NCBI GenBank assembly: GCA_046537975.1
Contig: JBKHJR010000001.1
Location: 64,688-128,687, forward strand
Direction: 5' to 3'
Source of the DNA: Desulfurivibrionaceae bacterium
Lineage (GTDB): Bacteria > Desulfobacterota > Desulfobulbia > Desulfobulbales > SURF-16
Length of the DNA: 64,000 nt
This document shows, piece by piece, positions 57,172 to 64,000 of the stretch. The notes beneath the pieces were generated by a model. That model did not search any database and was not told the origin of the DNA. It saw only the letters and a program-made list of their open reading frames with translations. Each line of letters starts with the position of its first letter. The first letter of the stretch is position 1. The position numbers and the translations under genes are program-made.

Positions 57172-58239
57172 ATGGAATTTGAACCGAAATGGCTGGCCTG
57201 GGAAATCACCCGCCGCTGTAACCTTAATTGTGTGCACTGCCGTTCTTCTTCGGAACTGGAAGTTAAAAATCATCCGGATTTTTCCTGGGAGGAAGGCGTG
57301 CGAATTCTGGACGATATCGCTTCCTATGCCTCGCCGGTTATTGTCCTGACCGGGGGGGAACCTCTGCTGCGCAACGATGTTTTTGATCTTGCCGATTACG
57401 GGACCAAGAAGGGCCTGCGCATGTGCCTGGCCACCAACGGCACCCTGGTGAACCAGGAGGTCTGCGACAAGATCAAGGAGACCGGAATCAGAATGGTTGC
57501 CATGAGTCTGGACGGTTCTACCGCGGAAGTCCACGACAATTTCCGTAACCAGGAAGGAGCCTTTGACGGCATGATCAATGCCGCTCGCCTGTTCCGGGAA
57601 AACGGTATCGACTTTCTGGTCAATTCTTCCTTTACCAAGCGCAATCAGCACGATATCGGCAATGTCTACAAACTGGCCAAGGAGCTGGGGGCTACTGCCT
57701 GGTACATGTTCATGATTGTACCCACCGGCAGGGGTGAGGATGTCATGAATGAGCTCATCGACCTGGAGGATTATGAAGATATCCTGGAGTGGCACTACGA
57801 CATGGAAAAGGAAGAGCATGACATGCTGGTCCGGCCCACTTGCGCTCCCAGTTACTACCGGATCTTCAATCAGAAGAAAAAGGAACTCGGGGACGATGTG
57901 GAGCGCCGCACTCTCAAATTCTCCACCGGCGGTTCCAAGGGCTGCGTAGCCGGCCAGGTCATCGCCCTCCTGGATGTGGACGGCAATCTTCTTCCCTGCA
58001 GTTATTTCCCCATGGCAGCCGGCAACATTCACGAGCAGTCCTTTAAAGACATCTGGGAGAATTCCGAACTTTTCAAGAACCTGCGTGACTTCAAGAAATA
58101 TAAGGGACGCTGCGGCAGCTGTGAGTATGTAAGTATCTGCGGCGGCTGCCGGGCCCGGTCCTATGCGATTCACGGTGATTATCTGGCAGAAGAGCCTTTC
58201 TGCACACACGTTCCGTTTAAACTTAAGCAAAAAGGGTAG
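57172..58239 (+). CDS. Radical SAM/SPASM-domain enzyme, AhbD/NirJ-like
   Basis: [10 protein letters not shown] (CX3CX2C). C-terminal SPASM-type Cys cluster (GCVAG...CSYF...[17 protein letters not shown]). Adjacent to hemE and hemH. Confidence 0.75.
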   Translation: MEFEPKWLAWEITRRCNLNCVHCRSSSELEVKNHPDFSWEEGVRILDDIASYASPVIVLTGGEPLLRNDVFDLADYGTKKGLRMCLATNGTLVNQEVCDKIKETGIRMVAMSLDGSTAEVHDNFRNQEGAFDGMINAARLFRENGIDFLVNSSFTKRNQHDIGNVYKLAKELGATAWYMFMIVPTGRGEDVMNELIDLEDYEDILEWHYDMEKEEHDMLVRPTCAPSYYRIFNQKKKELGDDVERRTLKFSTGGSKGCVAGQVIALLDVDGNLLPCSYFPMAAGNIHEQSFKDIWENSELFKNLRDFKKYKGRCGSCEYVSICGGCRARSYAIHGDYLAEEPFCTHVPFKLKQKG

Positions 58240-58245
58240 TGACAA

Positions 58246-59274
58246 ATGAATACAAATTTTCTTAAGGCCTGCAGGGGAGAGGAAGTCAGTCATACTCCGG
58301 TATGGTTCATGCGTCAGGCCGGGCGTTATCTCCCGGACTATCACAAGGTGCGGGGCAAGGTTTCCTTCCTGGAGCTCTGCAAGACCCCGGAAATGGCGGC
58401 CGAGGTAACTCTCCAGCCCGTGGATCTGCTGGGTTTTGATGCCGCCATCCTCTTCTCCGACATACTGGTCACCCTGGAGGCCATGGGAGTGCCCCTGACC
58501 TTTGAAGAGAAAAAAGGTCCGGTCCTGCCGGAACCCGTGCGCACCGCCGAAGATGTGGAAAAACTGATCGTCCCTGACCCGGTGGACAAGCTGGGTTTTG
58601 TTATGGACACTATCCGTTTGCTAAGAAAAGAGCTGGCCCAGAAGGTACCTCTGATCGGTTTTGCCGGAGCCCCTTTCACTCTGGCCACCTATATGGTGGA
58701 AGGAGGCTCTTCCAAAAGTTTTTTCCAGACCAAGAAGATGATGTACTCTGCTCCGGATCTTTATAAGAAGATGATGGACAAGGTGACCGACTCGGTGATC
58801 GTCTACCTCCAGGCCCAGGCTGAAGCCGGAGCCCAGGCCCTCCAGGTCTTTGATTCCTGGGCCGGGTCTCTGGCCCCCTGTGATTTCGGGGAATATGCTC
58901 TTCCTTATATAAACCGGATAATCAAGGCACTGAAACCCTACGATATCCCGCTGATCTGTTTCGTCAACAACGGTGCCACCCTGCTTGACCAGGCCAGGAC
59001 CTGCGGGGCTGATGTCCTGGGACTGGACTGGCGGATCAATATAAGTGATGCCGTGGATATTATCGGTCCGGATATCACCGTCCAGGGCAACCTGGATCCC
59101 TGCGCCCTGATGCTTCCCGAGGATAAGCTGGAGAAGCGGGTCGCCGGAATCCTGGAAGAGGGCAAAAAGGCCCGCGGCCATATATTCAACCTGGGTCACG
59201 GCATCCTCCCTGAAACTCCCCCGGGAAAGGCCAAATTCGTGGTTGATGCCGTGCACCGTCTTTCCGCCAAATAG
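58246..59274 (+). CDS. hemE: Uroporphyrinogen decarboxylase
   Basis: PVWFMRQAGRYLPDY is the canonical HemE N-terminal motif, with full-length similarity. Confidence 0.95.
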   Translation: MNTNFLKACRGEEVSHTPVWFMRQAGRYLPDYHKVRGKVSFLELCKTPEMAAEVTLQPVDLLGFDAAILFSDILVTLEAMGVPLTFEEKKGPVLPEPVRTAEDVEKLIVPDPVDKLGFVMDTIRLLRKELAQKVPLIGFAGAPFTLATYMVEGGSSKSFFQTKKMMYSAPDLYKKMMDKVTDSVIVYLQAQAEAGAQALQVFDSWAGSLAPCDFGEYALPYINRIIKALKPYDIPLICFVNNGATLLDQARTCGADVLGLDWRINISDAVDIIGPDITVQGNLDPCALMLPEDKLEKRVAGILEEGKKARGHIFNLGHGILPETPPGKAKFVVDAVHRLSAK

Positions 59275-59285
59275 TTTGCAGGGGC

Positions 59286-59834
59286 ATGATACCTGATCCT
59301 GAGACATGCTACGGCCTGATGGAGAAATACGGCATGTACCCCCATATCCGGGATCATTCCCTGATAGTGGGGGAGGTTACCAGCCTGCTGGTCCACGGCC
59401 TCAATCGTTCGGGTTTCCGGCTTAACCGGGACCTGGCCCTGGCCGGAGCCCTGCTCCATGACATTGCCAAGAGCGAGTGCATTGAAAAGAGTTGCAGTCA
59501 TGACCGGCGGGGGGCGGAGATATGCCGCCAACTGGGATATGACCGGGTCGCTGAAATAGTGGAGGAACACGTTATCCTTGAAAAGGGGGAGGCGCAGCCC
59601 CTTAACGAAAAACTGATCGTCTACTACGCCGACAAAAGGGTAAACCACGACAGGATCGTCAGTCTCACGGGGCGCCTGGCTTCAATTCTTAGGCGCTACG
59701 CCAGAGGCGACCGGGAGCTGGAGCAGGCTATAGAGGATAACTTCCGGGTCTGTTTCGCGGTGGAGAGGGAGATATTCCGGCATCTCAGCTTTACCCCGGC
59801 GGATATCGAAGCCTCTCTTTTTCAAAAATCATAA
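59286..59834 (+). CDS. HD-domain (HDIG-like) phosphohydrolase
   Basis: H...LLHDIAK...D motif pattern. 182 aa. Confidence 0.7.
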   Translation: MIPDPETCYGLMEKYGMYPHIRDHSLIVGEVTSLLVHGLNRSGFRLNRDLALAGALLHDIAKSECIEKSCSHDRRGAEICRQLGYDRVAEIVEEHVILEKGEAQPLNEKLIVYYADKRVNHDRIVSLTGRLASILRRYARGDRELEQAIEDNFRVCFAVEREIFRHLSFTPADIEASLFQKS

Positions 59835-59847
59835 TTAATCGGCAATC

Positions 59848-60807
59848 ATGGCTAACCAGGAAAAAACCGGCATAATACTCCTTAACCTTGGAGGCCCTGA
59901 CACCCTCGAAGATGTTGAACCTTTTCTCTTTAATCTCTTCGCCGACCGGGAGATCATACGTCTGGGCCCTTTTTTTCTCCAGAAATTCATTGCCCGCAGA
60001 ATCGCCAAAAAACGAGCCCCGAAAAGCAAGGAATCCTATGCCGCCATCGGCGGGGGCTCCCCCCTCAAGGAAATAACCAGGCAGCAGGGCGAGGCCCTGG
60101 CCCGGAGGCTGGCGGACCAGGGGAATTTTGTGGTGGATATGGCCATGCGCTACTGGTATCCCACGGCCCGAGAAACTCTCCAGAAAATGGCGGACCAGGG
60201 CATTACCCGGATTGTAGCTCTTCCCCTATACCCCCATTATTCCAAAGCCACCTCCGGTTCTTCCCTCAGGGATCTGAAACGGGCGGCCTCAGCCCTGGAA
60301 GCCGACTTCGAGATCATCGAAATAACTTCCTGGCCGGATGACCCTTTCTATATCAAGAGCCTGGCCTCCACAATCACGGAAGGCCTGAGCTTTTTCCCTT
60401 CCCCGGAAGTGGAAGTGGTCTACAGCGCCCACAGCCTCCCTGTGAAGTTCATTGACGAGGGAGATCCATACCTTGAGGAGCTGAAAAAGACCATTAAGGC
60501 AGTGGAAAACATTACAGGGGTAACCGGCAGACTCTGCTTTCAGAGTCGCAGCGGCCCGGTGGAATGGCTCAGGCCTTCTACCCCGGAAATGCTGGCAGAC
60601 CTGGCTGAACAGGGCTGCAAACAGGTGCTCATGGTGCCGATCAGCTTCGTCTCCGATCATGTGGAAACCCTCTATGAAATAGATGTCCAGTACAAGGAAA
60701 CAGCGGCAGAGCTGGGAATCGACCTGAAACGCAGCGAATCCCTGAACCTTCGACCTGATTTTATCGACTCCTTGGCTTCCCTGGTCCTGGAGGCTGTTCA
60801 GAAATAG
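59848..60807 (+). CDS. hemH: Ferrochelatase / coproporphyrin ferrochelatase
   Basis: GIILLNLGGPDTLEDVEPFLFNLF...YPHYS...SAHSLP...VSDHVETL, the typical HemH blocks. Confidence 0.95.
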   Translation: MANQEKTGIILLNLGGPDTLEDVEPFLFNLFADREIIRLGPFFLQKFIARRIAKKRAPKSKESYAAIGGGSPLKEITRQQGEALARRLADQGNFVVDMAMRYWYPTARETLQKMADQGITRIVALPLYPHYSKATSGSSLRDLKRAASALEADFEIIEITSWPDDPFYIKSLASTITEGLSFFPSPEVEVVYSAHSLPVKFIDEGDPYLEELKKTIKAVENITGVTGRLCFQSRSGPVEWLRPSTPEMLADLAEQGCKQVLMVPISFVSDHVETLYEIDVQYKETAAELGIDLKRSESLNLRPDFIDSLASLVLEAVQK

Positions 60808-60978
60808 TGAGTACTCAGTCCCGCTCAAGCAGCCTTTCTGGCCAGCCTTAATACTCTGAACCTTTTTTATTGTTCTTTGACAGCTTCATTATAATAGAAT
60901 AACTTCTTACGGTATGTGCCCACAATTATTCTGCCACTATAGAATTACCTGATAATAAAAAGAACATGAAGGATCATT

Positions 60979-61407
60979 ATGGTTAGCGTCTGTTCAAAGG
61001 TAATTAGGCCGTACTCATTAATCAGCATCGTATCGGTTTTTCTATTTGCAATGCTGTTAGTTCTTTCCGGATGCGGCAGCCACAAAAATTATAAACCTCA
61101 TCCGGAGCTGACAGGGTATAGCGAATCCGGGAAAGCATCATACTATTCCATGAAATATCAATTCAGGAAGACCGCAAGCGGGGAAAGATTTAACAACTAC
61201 GCTATGACTGCTGCTCATGAGACCTTACCATTTGGAACGGATGTTCTGGTCACGAATTTAGGCAATGGCAAGACAGCTACTGTCACCATAAATGACAGGG
61301 GACCGTTCGTTGAAGGCAGGATAATTGATCTCTCAAGAGCCGCCTTTTCCAAGATTGCAAGCATTGACCAGGGAGTTGCAGAGGTAGAAATTAAGGTGGT
61401 TAATTAA
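60979..61407 (+). CDS. rlpA: RlpA-like lipoprotein (DPBB domain)
   Basis: Lipobox LSGC. GKASYYS...TASGERF...AAH.TLPFGT.V.VTN..NGK...V.INDRGPF..GRIIDLS. Confidence 0.8.
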   Translation: MVSVCSKVIRPYSLISIVSVFLFAMLLVLSGCGSHKNYKPHPELTGYSESGKASYYSMKYQFRKTASGERFNNYAMTAAHETLPFGTDVLVTNLGNGKTATVTINDRGPFVEGRIIDLSRAAFSKIASIDQGVAEVEIKVVN

Positions 61408-61416
61408 CTTTTTATT

Positions 61417-61474
61417 AGCCATAGCTTCAAATAAACGGAGAATTATTGGACTATGGCTGTCTTTTTGGTTTTAT
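61417..61474 (+). terminator. Possible terminator after rlpA
   Basis: AGCCATAG (61417-61424) pairs with CTATGGCT (61451-61458), followed by GTCTTTTTGGTTTT. The loop is long (26 nt), so confidence is modest. Confidence 0.4.
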
Positions 61475-61501
61475 TCCGGAAACTGCGGCGGCTGGCAGGG
61501 C

Positions 61502-62095
61502 TTACATCTTCTTTATTTTTTCTATTTCGATTTTATAGCATTCCGGGCAAAGGCCATGGGAAAAGTCGACATCCCATTTTTCCTTAAAGTAAGCTTCCAC
61601 CCGGGACCAGGTTTCTTTTTCATCCCTGACTTTTTTGCAGACAGAACAAATTGGAATCAGGCGTTGAAGCTCGGCAATTTCGCTTATATCCTCAATCACA
61701 AGCAGCACAAGCGGCCTTCCCTCGAATTGAAAGGGGGAAGCGGTGATAAGGGCATAAATGCTCAACTGCTCCCCGCTTTGTACAATCTCTATTTTTGTGC
61801 GGCGGCGGACGACCCTGTGCCCCAGGGAGGCTTCGTAGACGGAATTCCTTATAATGCAATCACTACAGAGCGGGGCATGGCCGCAACCTTCTGTTACCTC
61901 TCTCGAGTGTATGCAGTGCAGCACTTCCCCGCTGCGATGTCTTATAATGGTTTCCCTTTTATCTGCCAGGAGCTCGGCGGCTGCCGCATTGTATTCATGT
62001 ATCCTTACATCGCTGTCGACAATAAAGATCAATGAGGGCAAGGCGTCAAATACTGTTCTGAACAATTCCGTTTTTGGATTCTCCTCGACAGGCAT
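61502..62095 (-). CDS. PAS-domain protein with a Cys-rich insert and a C-terminal CxxC...CxxC motif domain
   Basis: PAS-like N-terminus (FRTVFDALPSLIFIVDSDVRIHEYN). HCIHSREVTEGCGHAPLCSDC insert. C-terminal ICSVCKKVRDEKETW...FSHGLCPEC, a motif recurrent at the C-termini of deltaproteobacterial sensory proteins. Confidence 0.7.
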   Translation of the reverse strand: MPVEENPKTELFRTVFDALPSLIFIVDSDVRIHEYNAAAAELLADKRETIIRHRSGEVLHCIHSREVTEGCGHAPLCSDCIIRNSVYEASLGHRVVRRRTKIEIVQSGEQLSIYALITASPFQFEGRPLVLLVIEDISEIAELQRLIPICSVCKKVRDEKETWSRVEAYFKEKWDVDFSHGLCPECYKIEIEKIKKM

Positions 62096-62452
62096 CAGCT
62101 CTTCTTTTTAAAGACATTTTCAGGTTCGTAGAAATCGAAGATATTTCGGTTTAATGCATTTTCTGCGCCTTCCGAATCCATGGCATTAATACAAGCAGGA
62201 AATCCGGTCGCTGTATGGCCCTGGTACTCTGGTTGATGATAAATTCATACCATATATCAATGAATCGGGATCAGCTGAACCCAAATTCTGCAGCAGAGCA
62301 TTGATTCCAAAGTCTGCCCGGCTAAAGCCTGCTGCTTTGATATGTATACAATTACCTTTTTTTATGAACTTGGTCAACTCTCTTAAATCTGATTTATTCA
62401 GCCCTCCAATAAAGGAGAGTCTGGGGTCTTGGCCGAGGTCACAAAATGAAAG
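62095..62452 (-). pseudogene. Possible frameshifted STAS-domain (anti-sigma-factor antagonist-like) gene remnant
   Basis: One frame reads RLSFIGGLNKSDLRELTKFIKKGNCIHIKAAGFSRADFGINALLQNLG. A second frame reads ...GHTATGFPACINAMDSEGAENAL...KKKS*, and its TGA overlaps the ATG of the PAS gene. No intact start was found. The STAS assignment is by eye only. Confidence 0.3.
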
Positions 62453-62878
62453 TCAAATGAAATAAGTGTTAATTCAATCCTGCTGCGGACGCTATATTCC
62501 ATTTTTCTGAGGATAGTGACAGGATCCTGATAATGGCGGGAGGAAAGGGGCTTTTTCAGCGTCAATTAGGAGTCCTGTGCCGTAAATTACAGTAAACGGC
62601 TTAAGCTTAAGATCCCTTATGCCGATTAACAACTGATAAAAGACACAGTCCGGCGGGAGGAGTTAACCGGGGATAAAGTTTTTAAAGCCGGGTCTCCGGA
62701 AAACCGGGACTACAGGTTGAGAGGCCCCGGGGTGTAAAGAAGGTTGCCTGATAGTACCTTCTCATCTTGATGGTCTGATCAGCTGTCGGGGATTCTGATT
62801 GACAACCGGGTTGGCAGTTGCTAAAGAAAGTGTTCCCCCTATCCCATTCGGAGCACAATTCGGCTAAGTGGACGTGAT

Positions 62879-64000
62879 ATGACTGTAAGCAAAACAATTA
62901 TTGACCCTCTGACCAGGGTAGAAGGCCATCTGAAGATTGAGACCCGGATAGAGGACGGGGTAGTCAGCGAGGCTCGGGTCTCAGGCGAGCTTTTCCGCGG
63001 GATTGAAAAGGCCCTGGTCGGCCACGATGCCCGGGCGGCCCGCCACATTACCCAGCGGGTCTGCGGTCTCTGCCATTATGCCCACGCCGAGGCTGCAGCC
63101 ATGGCCCTGGAAGATGCCATGGGAATTAAGCCCAATGCCAACGGGCAGTTGCTTCGCAATCTGGTGGTCGGCGCCGGCCAGATCCAGGATTATCTCCTTC
63201 ATTTTTACCAGTTGAGCGCCCTGGACTTTATCGACGTTACTGCGGTTCAAGGCTATCAGGGCAGAGATCCGGCTATGACCACCCTGCGGGAATGGGTGAA
63301 CAGCGAGCTGAAATCCGGCCGGATCTTTCCGCTGTCTCCCTTCCGGGCCAGCTATCAGGGCGATTTGTCGGATGACAGGGAACTCAACATGACCGTGGTA
63401 CGCAGTTACCTGGAATCCTTCCCTGTTATGGCCGATCTTCACAAGATGGCGGCCCTGTTCGGTGGTAAATCCCCTCATCCCGTAACTCTGGAGGCCGGTG
63501 GGGTGCCGATCAGACCCACCGTCGGCAGTCTGGCCCAGTACCGCACTATGCTGGAGAAGGTCGAGCGTTTTGTCCATACCAGTTACCGGGCCGATGTCCT
63601 GGCGGTGTGCCGGGCCTTTTCGTCCTATTTCCAGGAAGGAGGCGGCTACGGCAATTTTCTCTCCTATCCTTTCTTTCCCGATGCCGACGGCGATAATCAT
63701 TTTTTCGCCGGAGGAGCGACAATCTCCGGAGAACTTTCTTCCCTCGATCCCGGGGGGATCACCGAAGACCATACTTACAGTTATTACAACAACGAACCCG
63801 GTGCCGGGATCAGGCCTTTGGAGCTGGACAGGCTGGAACCCATTGATTGGGAAGAGTTCCAGCGCCAGAAGCAGCAGGCCGACGGCAAATACAGCTGGAA
63901 TCGGGCCCCCCGCTACCACGGCCTGGTAATGGAGGTCGGACCCGTGGCCCGGGTGATCAACACCTACCGCTCCGGCTGCAGTCCTGCCCTGAACCAGCTG
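62879..64000 (+). CDS. [NiFe] hydrogenase large subunit (3' end outside the window; not in the supplied ORF track because it is open-ended)
   Basis: My own translation from ATG 62879 is open to nt 64000. It reads MTVSKTIIDPLTRVEGHLKIE...QRVCGLCHYAH (N-terminal Ni-binding RxCGxCxxxH)...GKSPHP...KYSWNRAPRYHG...GPVARV. Confidence 0.9.
   Translation, partial: MTVSKTIIDPLTRVEGHLKIETRIEDGVVSEARVSGELFRGIEKALVGHDARAARHITQRVCGLCHYAHAEAAAMALEDAMGIKPNANGQLLRNLVVGAGQIQDYLLHFYQLSALDFIDVTAVQGYQGRDPAMTTLREWVNSELKSGRIFPLSPFRASYQGDLSDDRELNMTVVRSYLESFPVMADLHKMAALFGGKSPHPVTLEAGGVPIRPTVGSLAQYRTMLEKVERFVHTSYRADVLAVCRAFSSYFQEGGGYGNFLSYPFFPDADGDNHFFAGGATISGELSSLDPGGITEDHTYSYYNNEPGAGIRPLELDRLEPIDWEEFQRQKQQADGKYSWNRAPRYHGLVMEVGPVARVINTYRSGCSPALNQL

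Noticed and set aside
57103-58344. 413-aa minus-strand ORF
   Set aside because: Antisense to the radical SAM/SPASM gene, which has a clear CX3CX2C motif in the plus frame.
62981-63919. 312-aa minus-strand ORF
   Set aside because: Antisense to the [NiFe] hydrogenase large-subunit frame. That frame is open to the window end and carries diagnostic motifs.

Overview
The window looks like a chromosomal segment of an anaerobic, Desulfobulbales-like deltaproteobacterium (Desulfobacterota). That assignment is inferred from gene content: an in-frame UGA selenoprotein, a 12-heme cytochrome c, a [NiFe] hydrogenase, cobalamin genes and roughly 55% GC. I call about 55 protein-coding genes, mostly housekeeping or metabolic. 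They include hrpB, a lexA-imuB-dnaE2 SOS mutagenesis cassette, a CPA2 antiporter with USP domains, purA, tatB/tatC, rtcA, a PaoABC-like periplasmic molybdoenzyme operon with xdhC and mocA, phoH2, msrAB, an HDOD-GAF-GGDEF protein and mntP. They also include dinB, glgX, cbiB, cobQ, an AmmeMemoRadiSam radical SAM enzyme, pcm, rsmG, hisD, nadE, hemE, hemH, rlpA and the 5' part of a [NiFe] hydrogenase large subunit. I recognised no rRNA, tRNA, CRISPR array, transposase or integrase. The strongest candidate for an undescribed system is a tightly overlapping four-gene operon at 14881-18100. It looks like a Rad50/SbcC-type ATPase split into three polypeptides: a Walker A head with coiled coil and CPTC hook, a 101-aa coiled-coil protein, and a head carrying the signature motif, Walker B and H-loop. 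An Mre11/SbcD-like metallophosphoesterase gene sits between the ATPase pieces. Other points of interest: a peroxiredoxin-like selenoprotein (GHW-U-PFC) with a SECIS-like hairpin 11 nt after the UGA. An adenosylhomocysteinase with about 175 aa deleted in frame. A cluster of decayed metal-homeostasis genes (CDF remnant, split Mrp/ApbC lacking its CxxC, truncated permease). A bacterial NOX/ferric-reductase-like flavocytochrome coupled to a small membrane protein and YceI. An AhbD-like radical SAM gene next to hemE and hemH. A Cys-rich PAS protein beside apparent STAS remnants in a low-GC patch. A hydrogenase large subunit with no small-subunit gene upstream.
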